Below, piece by piece: positions 51,951-60,477 of a stretch of DNA of 64,000 bases. Position numbers and translations under genes: made by a program. The notes beneath the pieces were generated by a model, which saw nothing but the letters and a program-made list of their open reading frames with translations, had not been told where the DNA came from and ran no database searches. The first letter of the stretch is position 1. Every line of letters begins with the position of its first letter. The stretch comes from Candidatus Omnitrophota bacterium (lineage in GTDB: Bacteria; Omnitrophota; Gorgyraeia; Gygaellales; Profunditerraquicolaceae): assembly GCA_003598025.1 (NCBI GenBank), contig QZKH01000003.1, positions 439,221 through 503,220 on the forward strand. Direction: 5' to 3'.

Positions 51951-52805
51951 TTAGAAAACAATTGTTTTATTCCCAAGCCTGATTATCCGGTAATCTATAT
52001 AGCTGCTTATCGCTGATGATAAAGCCCTTTTCTCCAGGTTCTTGCCTTTTCTGATAAGGCTGGTTAAATCATCATTATGTGAAATGTATTCTACGGATTG
52101 GCTTATTATCGGTCCGTCATCAAGGTCCTCATTAACAAAATGGGCCGTTGCGCCGATAACCTTGACCCCCCTATCAAGGGCCTGGCGGTAAGGATTAGCT
52201 CCCTTAAATGAAGGAAGAAAACCGTGGTGGATATTTATTATATCCTTTGCATAACTGGATAAGAAATTCTTTGATAATACCAGCATGTACCTGGCCAAAA
52301 CCAGGAAATCCGAGTTATTAGCAAGGGCAAGGATCTTATCCTCCTGCCTATTGCTTTTGTTTGCCGCAACATAATAAAAAGGTATATGGTACTGCTCTGC
52401 TAAGCTCCTGTGGTTTTCATAGTTACTGATGACAAACGGTATATTTACAGGCAACTCACCTGATTTAACAAGATACAATAAATCAACGAGGCAATGGTCG
52501 GGTTTAGATACTAATATACCCATATTCAGTATCCGGCTCTTATCGTGCATCTGCCATTTGGCGCCGAAACTATCCGCAATCCGGCTGAATTCATTTTTAA
52601 ATTCCAGGATATCTTTATTTGCTGAGTCGATCTCAAACTCTACGCGCATTGAAAAATGACCTTTGGCAGGATCGGTAGTATGCTGATTAGCGGTTATTAT
52701 ATTGCCGTCATTCCTGAAGATAAAATCTGAAACTTTAGCCACTATTCCCTTCTGGTCACCGCACTGTAATAATAAAACCATTCTTTTTGTTCCGCTCATC
52801 CCCAC
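51951..52805 (-). CDS. purU: formyltetrahydrofolate deformylase
   Basis: N-terminal ACT domain plus formyltransferase core (HHGFLPSFKG, SLH motif). Confidence 0.85.
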   Translation of the reverse strand: MGMSGTKRMVLLLQCGDQKGIVAKVSDFIFRNDGNIITANQHTTDPAKGHFSMRVEFEIDSANKDILEFKNEFSRIADSFGAKWQMHDKSRILNMGILVSKPDHCLVDLLYLVKSGELPVNIPFVISNYENHRSLAEQYHIPFYYVAANKSNRQEDKILALANNSDFLVLARYMLVLSKNFLSSYAKDIINIHHGFLPSFKGANPYRQALDRGVKVIGATAHFVNEDLDDGPIISQSVEYISHNDDLTSLIRKGKNLEKRALSSAISSYIDYRIIRLGNKTIVF

Positions 52806-52895
52806 CGCCTTTTATTAAAGACTATAAGATATGTGGTTAAATAATATTAGATAAAATAAACGTTATGCCGCTTTAAAAACCTGATAAGGCAGGGT

Positions 52896-53858
52896 TTATT
52901 TTTTTATTAACTCTTCTTTTATCTTATATATGATCCCTGAAGCTATTTCCGGCCTTGGCAGCATAAACTTCCTGGCGGAAACCGTAATACGAGTTTTGCG
53001 TTCCGATATCTTTTCAAGCTTTACTCCGATACTTGCCCCTCTTACATCTCCGCCGATACAGCCGTTTCGTTCATTCATCCTGGTCAACCTTCCCGCAGAA
53101 TTCAAAACATGTTCCGTTGCCTTGCAAAGCTCATCATAACTGACATCAAGTTCTGCCTGGGCACTGTCTTTACCTACAAACGTTGCCGCAACCGCAACCG
53201 GCAATACTGCTACCCCCGCTACCATAGCGACCCCATAGATAGCCGCGCCCTTAATCCCGGCTGATTTCATCGGTTCGGATAATATAAGGATTGCCAGCTG
53301 CTTTGCGCTGGTTATATTCTTATAGTCCTTATTTATATTAATCTCATATACATTTACAGTCGGCTCATCCCCCACAGAGTAATCTTTCATAACCAGCCTT
53401 CCTATATTAAGCTTAAGGTGGTCTATGCGCAAAGGCAAATCTGCGGGTTTTGATTTTGCTTTTGGTTCTTTTGGCGCATGATTTTGCGAAACCTTTAAAG
53501 CATCGGCATTAAGCTTCCCTTCCCTGTTCTTTATCAGGCCGACTTCTTTAACCACGATTTCAGCATTAGGAAGGTGTATCTCTTTTTTCAATAAAGCAGC
53601 CAGGTCATATTCTACTCTGATCTTCGTTAATTCTATTATTATCCCCTTAGGGAAACCTTTAGGATTATAAACAGTCAGGCCGCTGATCATCATTGACTGT
53701 TTAAATATACCCATAGAAAAACCTTCTACTCTCACCGGGGCACCAAGGATGCTTGATGCGGCAACTGTTATGGTAGTCCTGATAATCTGGTCCCTAAGCA
53801 CCATCAGAGTCAAGGTAATTAAAAGTATAATACCTACTATGATAATGATCTTTTTCAT
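52896..53858 (-). CDS. membrane-anchored hypothetical protein
   Basis: N-terminal TM helix. No motif. Confidence 0.45.
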   Translation of the reverse strand: MKKIIIIVGIILLITLTLMVLRDQIIRTTITVAASSILGAPVRVEGFSMGIFKQSMMISGLTVYNPKGFPKGIIIELTKIRVEYDLAALLKKEIHLPNAEIVVKEVGLIKNREGKLNADALKVSQNHAPKEPKAKSKPADLPLRIDHLKLNIGRLVMKDYSVGDEPTVNVYEININKDYKNITSAKQLAILILSEPMKSAGIKGAAIYGVAMVAGVAVLPVAVAATFVGKDSAQAELDVSYDELCKATEHVLNSAGRLTRMNERNGCIGGDVRGASIGVKLEKISERKTRITVSARKFMLPRPEIASGIIYKIKEELIKK

Positions 53859-53869
53859 TTATCCCCCTA

Positions 53870-54556
53870 TCATTTATTCCTCGTGTTTATCTCTCCATCC
53901 AGGACTTTAGGCAATGGCTGCGTATCAATTCGGATACCCCCGTCATGTTCGATTTTAACCGTATAAAGTATACCCGGGACAAACTTACTGGCAGGAGCCT
54001 CTATCTGCGCGTTCTTAATCCCCAACAACTTCGCCTTATCATTATCTAAAGCATAATCCCAGAATTCTTTCCAGATCTTCTTTTGGAAATTGCTTGCCCT
54101 GCCCTTTATTTCATAGCCTGACGGGATATTGTCAACTTTATTAATTTCGTATACCTGGGCTTCTTTGCCATTAATAACAAATGTTTTCATAAATATATAT
54201 GCGCTTTTACCTTTGAGCCGGTTTCCTTTCATGACGAATTTATCATCAAAGCGGATCACTAACGCCTGGAAATGGATTATATTGCCGGGGAAGGTAAAAT
54301 ATCTGGGTTTTAGCGCAGAATTATCGGTATCGTACTCAAGAAATTTGATAGTTGTAAGTTCCTTATTGGTGGCAGGGTCTTTCTCAACCCGGGTGACGAT
54401 AACCTGTGCAATCCGGGACTCGGCAGTCAGCCTTGAGATTATCTGGGATAGGATCATCCTTTCTGCGTGTATTTTTATTAAATACACAATTATAAGTGCT
54501 GCAATAAATATAATAAAGAGTGTGGTAAATTTTATTCTGCCTGGCATAATTATCAA
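53870..54556 (-). CDS. membrane-anchored hypothetical protein
   Basis: N-terminal TM helix. No motif. Confidence 0.45.
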   Translation of the reverse strand: MIIMPGRIKFTTLFIIFIAALIIVYLIKIHAERMILSQIISRLTAESRIAQVIVTRVEKDPATNKELTTIKFLEYDTDNSALKPRYFTFPGNIIHFQALVIRFDDKFVMKGNRLKGKSAYIFMKTFVINGKEAQVYEINKVDNIPSGYEIKGRASNFQKKIWKEFWDYALDNDKAKLLGIKNAQIEAPASKFVPGILYTVKIEHDGGIRIDTQPLPKVLDGEINTRNK

Positions 54557-54804
54557 TATCTATAAATCTTTAACATCGCCCAAAATACCGACAGGCTTGC
54601 GAGGAAGAAAATAACGCTTAGCAAGCCTTTATTTATATCCCAGCTGAAAAAACGGGATAAGTCATAAAATGCATAGACTGCAAAAGTGAAACTGATACAT
54701 AAACCGTATCTCTTATTCTTGTTTAAATATACGGCCAGACCGATAAAAACAATTGCTATTTCCAGAATAACTGAGACTATATTTAAAATAAGCATCCGAT
54801 TCAC
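54553..54804 (-). CDS. small membrane protein
   Basis: 83 aa with three TM helices. Confidence 0.35.
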   Translation of the reverse strand: MNRMLILNIVSVILEIAIVFIGLAVYLNKNKRYGLCISFTFAVYAFYDLSRFFSWDINKGLLSVIFFLASLSVFWAMLKIYRY

Positions 54805-55149
54805 TTATTTATACGACTGGAAACCCGGCATCCTTTCGCTTTTTAATTTCTGGAAACGCTCATCGCTTACACTCATCAATCCTTTAAGATACCTCCAGGG
54901 GATAAGTATATTCGTTTTTACCTTTTCTTTTACCTGTTTGTTGGGAGGGATAAGCTCTCCTTTATCATCCCACCAAACACCCAGCTCATACGCGGGATTC
55001 TCAATCCAGACACCTATATCATCGACACCGGTGACAACAGCCCACACTTCATCCTTATAGATCTGGAAGAGTGACAAATCCTGCCTGATTTCATCGGAGA
55101 ACTTAATAAGAATCAATTTACCGGCTAATTCTTCTAACTGCATATCCAC
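54805..55149 (-). CDS. hypothetical protein
   Basis: 114 aa. No motif. Confidence 0.4.
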   Translation of the reverse strand: MDMQLEELAGKLILIKFSDEIRQDLSLFQIYKDEVWAVVTGVDDIGVWIENPAYELGVWWDDKGELIPPNKQVKEKVKTNILIPWRYLKGLMSVSDERFQKLKSERMPGFQSYK

Positions 55150-55289
55150 CTCCTATCCTGACTTATACTCATTATAACTCATATAGCTAGCCTTTCCAAA
55201 TACTTTACACTCGGGGTAAAGACTGATACTGAAATTTAAAAACAATTGAGATGAAAAAACTTTGGTAGGGGTTCAGGTAATCAGGTATT

Positions 55290-56069
55290 TCACTGATATA
55301 CTTTGCCATCTAAGAATAGCTTAACCGGATGAGCCTCTCCTTTAGAATCAATAGCCACTTCTACTACTATATTACTACTCCCGGAACCTGGAGACAAAAC
55401 GTTTGTATTCAACGCTTCAATTTTTTCTAGAGCCTTTTCATATTTCTCTTTAATCTTATCTTCTTCCGGCTTAAGAATGATCCCTTCCTTGACCCAGATA
55501 TCTATCTCTTTCTCAAGGTTGTTATACCACCAGCGGGATATTCCTGCCTTATAGATTCTTCTGGTCTCCTCATCAAGATTATTGATGAGCTCTTGCCTGC
55601 GCTTCTCAATCTCCCGCCAGTTATTGGGCCTCTCAACTTCCCGGGCAAGTTCCTGGCTTAAGAAAAATGATTCAATACCGTAGCTGGCCCAAATAGTATC
55701 CAGCCGGCTACTCATAAAATAGTGACTATTGACCCTGCCTTTTATATATAACCCGCCTGTCTTTGGCTTTTTAATATAAACAGCCTCCGGCTGCCAATAC
55801 TCGCCTTCCTTATTCAATAAAACGTATATCTCCTGGCCGCTTTTTATCTTATCTACGGTTGCGTCCTTAAGCAGCTTAACTGGCAGGTCGTTTATTTTAT
55901 ATCTTAAAGCAACGTAATTGCCGCGGAATACGCTCATGGGATCAACCGGTATCGTCTCAAGCAATATCCTGTGAGCATCTTTAAGCTTCGCCTGCTGATA
56001 AAAAATCATTGCTGCCAGGAAACATAATTGCAGGATCAATATAACCAAAATAAAATATTTTCTCTTCAT
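55290..56069 (-). CDS. GDYXXLXY-domain protein
   Basis: DPMSVFRGNYVALRY matches the family's DP...FRGDYV.L.Y signature, with an N-terminal TM anchor. Confidence 0.6.
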   Translation of the reverse strand: MKRKYFILVILILQLCFLAAMIFYQQAKLKDAHRILLETIPVDPMSVFRGNYVALRYKINDLPVKLLKDATVDKIKSGQEIYVLLNKEGEYWQPEAVYIKKPKTGGLYIKGRVNSHYFMSSRLDTIWASYGIESFFLSQELAREVERPNNWREIEKRRQELINNLDEETRRIYKAGISRWWYNNLEKEIDIWVKEGIILKPEEDKIKEKYEKALEKIEALNTNVLSPGSGSSNIVVEVAIDSKGEAHPVKLFLDGKVYQ

Positions 56070-56073
56070 TCTG

Positions 56074-57393
56074 TTAACCCCGGTGCATTTTTGCTTCTAT
56101 TTTCCTTCTTGCATTATCCGCAAGTATAGACCCGACTATTAAGATAACCCCTCCCAGCATAAATAATAATGACCTGGGCATCATTTTCCATAACGTATCG
56201 AAATACCTGCTAAGCACATCAATGAAGAATATAATTATTATCAGGCGGAATACCCCTTCGCTGTGCCTTAAGAAACTAAGATACATCAGAACGAATATAT
56301 TAAGCAATAAGGCAAGATTATAAAACCAGGAAGTTGTTTTTGGAAATGTCAGGCCCAAACACATACCCAGGGCTGAAACACACAACAGCATGAGGACGTA
56401 GCCTGATTCTTTTGCATCATTAGGGTCTTCAGCCTTGGACATCTTGTGTAGTAAGGCCAGGGGAAGTAAAACAAAAAACACAAGCAGGATATTGAATACC
56501 GGCTTGCACCCTAAACCGATATAATTATCATAATGGTGTGAAAAAGTAAGAGAATAGGCGCTTATACAAATAATCAAGACTCCGATAAATTTATACAAAA
56601 AAGCAAAGATATTAAAGTTCTTAAGCTTTTCATGCTGCATACCCAGGGCATAAAGCAAAAAACCAAAAAAACTTAAAACACTTACCAGCATGATCTGAGC
56701 GCTAAGCCCGGCGTAAGCCAGGTTTTCACATTTGATCATCCAAAAATGTATTATCCAGTAAAAAACAATGGCTATAGAAATAAACAAAGAGAATCTCTGC
56801 TTGATATAATATGACAACCACACTAAAACAGCCAGCAAAAGAAAGACTCCGTAGGCCTCCCGTTCATAATAATAAGCCTGGTAGGAAAAAAGCCATATAA
56901 GGCTAAGAAGCGAAGAAAGGCTTAACACTGTCCATGAACGGCAGATAAAAACAATTGGCAATATACCGATTATCCAGAATAATATTCCGGCTGAAAAATT
57001 ATAGTGTATTTGATAGATCTGGGCTATAAGCCATATACCTGCCCCGAACGCAAATGAACCTATTATTAAGAAGCCTTCGCTTAAGCCAAGATACCTGTCT
57101 TTTATATACCTGAAATAGTAGCTTGCCAGATGAAATAGCGTAATCGCCGAAAAGATAATCAGCACCTTTGATAATTTAGGTATTTTTTGCCAGTTTGAGG
57201 CTATAAAAAGGATTATACCTAAACCAATGAGGATTGAACCTAACGATATTACTGTATTGATTAAACGGTTATATTCAGGACGGCTGGAATAAAAACTGCG
57301 GATGCGGCTCTCCTGGGAAGAGTCAATTATCCCCTGACTCACCCAGTTCTTGGTCTCCTCATAAAGCTTTTTTACCCATGCTTTTGAAACCAT
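56074..57393 (-). CDS. polytopic membrane protein, DUF2157/DUF4401-like (the usual partner of GDYXXLXY proteins)
   Basis: 439 aa with at least 12 TM helices. Assignment is by context and architecture only. Confidence 0.45.
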   Translation of the reverse strand: MVSKAWVKKLYEETKNWVSQGIIDSSQESRIRSFYSSRPEYNRLINTVISLGSILIGLGIILFIASNWQKIPKLSKVLIIFSAITLFHLASYYFRYIKDRYLGLSEGFLIIGSFAFGAGIWLIAQIYQIHYNFSAGILFWIIGILPIVFICRSWTVLSLSSLLSLIWLFSYQAYYYEREAYGVFLLLAVLVWLSYYIKQRFSLFISIAIVFYWIIHFWMIKCENLAYAGLSAQIMLVSVLSFFGFLLYALGMQHEKLKNFNIFAFLYKFIGVLIICISAYSLTFSHHYDNYIGLGCKPVFNILLVFFVLLPLALLHKMSKAEDPNDAKESGYVLMLLCVSALGMCLGLTFPKTTSWFYNLALLLNIFVLMYLSFLRHSEGVFRLIIIIFFIDVLSRYFDTLWKMMPRSLLFMLGGVILIVGSILADNARRKIEAKMHRG

Positions 57394-57489
57394 GGATTAA
57401 TTTTATCATTGTAATTATTAAAGTCAATAATTTTAATTCCCTGAAGGATAAAAATGCGGATTTTACGGATCTTTATGCAGCGTAAGGTA

Positions 57490-58773
57490 TTATTCGACCA
57501 ACCACGACATATCGCGGTTTGCCTTCTTCCAATCCTTTATTACCACGTAACCGATGAGGTTAAATACAGCATTGCGCAAGCGTAGTTTTAAAAGGAGGGC
57601 TATCGATCTTGAGAGGGAATAAAATTTAGTGTAACCTTTAATAAGTTCATGCTGCAGCTCTTTGGCGGATATCAACTTTGGCTTAAATACCACATGCTGG
57701 CCGTCATAAAGGCTCCAGTCTTTTGTAAATATGCGCCCCTCTTTTTCCAGCTCATCAAAAACTTTTGTACCGGGAAAAGGGGTCAGTGCGCACATCTGCA
57801 TAGTGTCTATCCTATGTTTTCTTGCGAATCTTATCGTATCCCAGACAGTCTTTGTATCATCATTATCTCCGCCTAAGACAAACATACCGTGAACCTTGAT
57901 TTTTTTCTTATGGAATGCGGCAAGCGAATCGGAGATATCTGCCACTGTCTGCTTTTTATCGTATGCTTTAAGGCTAAGTTCATTGACTGATTCTATGCCT
58001 ACGCAGACTACTTTACACCCTGCCCGGGCCATCAGCCCCAAGAGCTTATCGTTTTTTGTCACATCGCAGCGTACCTGGCATGCCCAATTCCTTAATCTTT
58101 CACCTAACATGAATCTAAGCAGGGCAAGTGTCCTTTTTGGATGCGCAGCAAAATTATCATCGCAGAAAAATAATGTATTGTTTCTGCGTAATTTAAGCTC
58201 TCTAATTACGCTCTCTGCGCTGCGGAAACGGTATTTACGCCCGAATAGCTTGGTTACCGCACAAAAACTGCAATCAAACGGGCACCCTCTAGAAGTAGAA
58301 ACCAAGGTAACTGCAGAAGCCCTTCTGTATCCTTTAATCAATGAAAAATCCGGAAAAGGAAGGCTATCAAGGTCTTCAACTGCACTGCCATAAACTAATC
58401 TGTCTTTATTCCTGCCCTCAATTACATCAACTATTATATTTTCGCCTTCGCCTATTACTACCTGGCGGGCATACTGGCTGGCTTCCTCAGGCAGAAGGCT
58501 GGCATGTATTCCTCCAATTACCACCTTCTCCCTAGGGAATCTCTTAGCGATTTCATATCCCCGCTTAGCAGTAGAAGTAAGGATTGATATACCTATAACA
58601 TCTGCCTCAAGCTTACTGTAATCCGGCATGCATATATCTTCCTTATATATAGTAACTTCGTGCCCCCTGTCTCTGAGGATCGTCCCAAGATAGACGGGCC
58701 CCAGAAGAGGCATAGCAAGTTTACTATAAACATTTGCCTCGGATGAACGCGGTTCAATAAATACTATCTTCAT
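57490..58773 (-). CDS. B12-binding-domain radical SAM protein
   Basis: N-terminal B12-binding fold and SRGCPFDCSFC (CxxxCxxC). Confidence 0.85.
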   Translation of the reverse strand: MKIVFIEPRSSEANVYSKLAMPLLGPVYLGTILRDRGHEVTIYKEDICMPDYSKLEADVIGISILTSTAKRGYEIAKRFPREKVVIGGIHASLLPEEASQYARQVVIGEGENIIVDVIEGRNKDRLVYGSAVEDLDSLPFPDFSLIKGYRRASAVTLVSTSRGCPFDCSFCAVTKLFGRKYRFRSAESVIRELKLRRNNTLFFCDDNFAAHPKRTLALLRFMLGERLRNWACQVRCDVTKNDKLLGLMARAGCKVVCVGIESVNELSLKAYDKKQTVADISDSLAAFHKKKIKVHGMFVLGGDNDDTKTVWDTIRFARKHRIDTMQMCALTPFPGTKVFDELEKEGRIFTKDWSLYDGQHVVFKPKLISAKELQHELIKGYTKFYSLSRSIALLLKLRLRNAVFNLIGYVVIKDWKKANRDMSWLVE

Positions 58774-58789
58774 AAAATTATTTTAATGC

Positions 58790-58993
58790 TTATTTTACGA
58801 TATTAATAGTTACTGCTCTCGGGCCTTTATCGGATTTCTCTACTTCAAATGTGACTTCCTGGTCCTCAGTTAAGGTATCGAATTTAGCGTCTACGAGCCC
58901 GCTCTGATGAAAGAACAATTCTCTGCCGTCATTATCACTTATGAACCCGAAACCCCTGTCACGGACCAGCTTCTTTATTTTACCTGTATGCAT
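58790..58993 (-). CDS. cold-shock-domain protein (divergent)
   Basis: GFGFISD RNP1-like motif and FFHQS RNP2-like motif. 67 aa. Confidence 0.75.
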   Translation of the reverse strand: MHTGKIKKLVRDRGFGFISDNDGRELFFHQSGLVDAKFDTLTEDQEVTFEVEKSDKGPRAVTINIVK

Positions 58994-59008
58994 TTGAAAC
59001 TCCTCTCT

Positions 59009-59049
59009 GTAAAAAATAAGGCCTGGGATCTATTATAATCCCAGGCCTT
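59009..59049 (-). terminator. rho-independent terminator after the csp gene at 59066..59266
   Basis: In minus sense: AAGGCCTGGGATTATAATAGATCCCAGGCCTT followed by ATTTTTTAC. Confidence 0.6.
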
Positions 59050-59065
59050 TGCTTATAGTCAAAGA

Positions 59066-59266
59066 TTATAATTTTACTACTCTGACAGCTTGCTCTCCCT
59101 TTGGTCCCTTTTCGATATCAAACTCTACTTCCTGACCTTCTGCAAGAGTCTTATAGCCATCGCCCTGAATTGCGGTATGATGTACGAATACATCACTTCC
59201 TGATTCAGGAGTAATAAAGCCATAACCTTTTTGGTTCGAAAACCACTTTACTTTACCTCTAGCCAT
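59066..59266 (-). CDS. cspA: cold-shock protein
   Basis: [18 protein letters not shown]...VFVHH canonical CspA motifs. Confidence 0.9.
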   Translation of the reverse strand: MARGKVKWFSNQKGYGFITPESGSDVFVHHTAIQGDGYKTLAEGQEVEFDIEKGPKGEQAVRVVKL

Positions 59267-59438
59267 TACTTACTACCCTCCTTTCTTACTTATTTTTTGT
59301 GTAGTAAATAACGGCTCGTAACAAAAAAAGCCGTTTCGGCAAGTCTATCTGCCTTACGGCTTCAATTTCACTTCCCTCTCTACTACAGGTGTAAATATAC
59401 ACTACATTCAGACAAATGTCAAGGATTAATTAGTTCAC

Positions 59439-59581
59439 GGTTCATAGTTCATGGTTCATAGATAATCTATATATTATATCCTTATTTAGGCAGGGCTCAT
59501 AGTTCCTGGTTGATAGTTCATAGAAAAGTTGATCGCAAGGACACCATACGTAATACCTATACAATCCATGAACTATGAGCC
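59439..59581. repeat. array of (G)TTCATAG / GGCTCATAGTTCATGG repeats upstream of cspA: five direct copies and one inverted
   Basis: GTTCATAGTTCATGGTTCATAG at 59439..59461. GGCTCATAGTTCCTGGTTGATAGTTCATAG at 59494..59523. CCATGAACTATGAGCC at 59566..59581. Confidence 0.5.
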
Positions 59582-59606
59582 AGAATAGTGACTAACCATT
59601 AGCTTA

Positions 59607-59939
59607 TTATTTATGCCTATATTTGATAACCCTTGCTTTTTCAAGAGTAATAAGGCCCTCGACTACGCAATCATCCAGAAAAGGCAGGAGTTTATTAAGA
59701 TTTGCATCTGTATCTACAATCTCGATTACAACCGGGAGGTCTTCTGAAAGACGGAGGACTTTTGCCGAATGCAACCTGCTATCGGCGCCAAAACCAATAA
59801 TACCGCGAATAACAGTTGCGCCTGCCAAATTCAATTCTCTTGCTTTACAAACTATGTATTCATAAAGAGGTTTCCCCTCATAAACGTCGGACTCGCCTAC
59901 AAATACCCTCAAAAGCATGCCTTCTTCCGGGAGCTTCAT
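59607..59939 (-). CDS. DUF190 (PII-like) protein, a frequent CrcB partner
   Basis: YEYIV...LAGATVIRGIIGFGADS pattern. 110 aa. Confidence 0.7.
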   Translation of the reverse strand: MKLPEEGMLLRVFVGESDVYEGKPLYEYIVCKARELNLAGATVIRGIIGFGADSRLHSAKVLRLSEDLPVVIEIVDTDANLNKLLPFLDDCVVEGLITLEKARVIKYRHK

Positions 59940-59949
59940 ATTCTCCTCC

Positions 59950-60336
59950 TTAATCTATTAAAGTCAGCAATAATCTCGCAGACAAAAATCCGGTAACTAC
60001 CAAAATAATACCTAGGGCATTAGTAAAAAAAATATTAATAATCATTAGCCGGTATTGGCTGTCTCTTAGAAGATTCAAGTTCTCCAAACTGAATGTAGAG
60101 AAAGTGGTAAATCCGCCTAGAATACCGATAAATATAAATAGCCTTATATTTGGAGAAACCGCTATGCGCTCAAAAACGCCCCATAAGAATCCTATTACTA
60201 ATGAACCTGAAAGATTGACTACCAGCGTCCCGTAAGGGAAAACAGCACCAGAAAACTTATAATCAATGCCTGAAATAACATAACGCAATAGGGTCCCTAT
60301 CGCTCCGCCTGTTGCAATAACAAAAAACCTCAACAT
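59950..60336 (-). CDS. crcB: fluoride ion channel Fluc/CrcB
   Basis: GGAIGTLLRY...NLSGSLVIGFL...GGFTTFSTFS. 128 aa with four TM helices. Confidence 0.9.
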   Translation of the reverse strand: MLRFFVIATGGAIGTLLRYVISGIDYKFSGAVFPYGTLVVNLSGSLVIGFLWGVFERIAVSPNIRLFIFIGILGGFTTFSTFSLENLNLLRDSQYRLMIINIFFTNALGIILVVTGFLSARLLLTLID

Positions 60337-60363
60337 AAGCCAATGTCCTCCTGTTTGGATTTT

Positions 60364-60411
60364 GTAGGAGTTATCAGCCTGTTGAGGCGTTTATTGGCAA
60401 ACCCCATTGCC
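60364..60411 (-). promoter_or_regulatory. fluoride riboswitch (crcB RNA motif) in the crcB leader
   Basis: In minus sense: GGCAAUGGGGUUUGCCAAUAAACGCCUCAACAGGCUGAUAACUCCUAC. It aligns position-for-position with my recollection (recalled from memory; not verified against a database) of the crystallised Thermotoga petrophila aptamer GGCGAUGAGGCCCGCCCAAACUGCCCUGAAAAGGGCUGAUGGCCUCUAC. The GGGGUU/AACUCC pseudoknot is complementary. A TATAAT -10 box lies at about 60433..60438 (rc). Confidence 0.85.
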
Positions 60412-60477
60412 AGTATTAATCTTCAGTTTATTATACCCCTTAACCTCTAAAAAATCATCTTTTATTTATTGCTGCTA

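Noticed and set aside
52806-52895. Terminator-like hairpin followed by a T-tract on the plus strand downstream of purU-upstream gene
   Set aside because: The stem is imperfect (AAACCT / AGGGTTT) and the T-tract is on the plus strand, where no gene ends. Too weak to call.
59439-59581. CRISPR array at the csp upstream repeats
   Set aside because: The repeat units are 8-16 nt and contiguous, with no unique spacers, and there are no cas genes. This is not a CRISPR.
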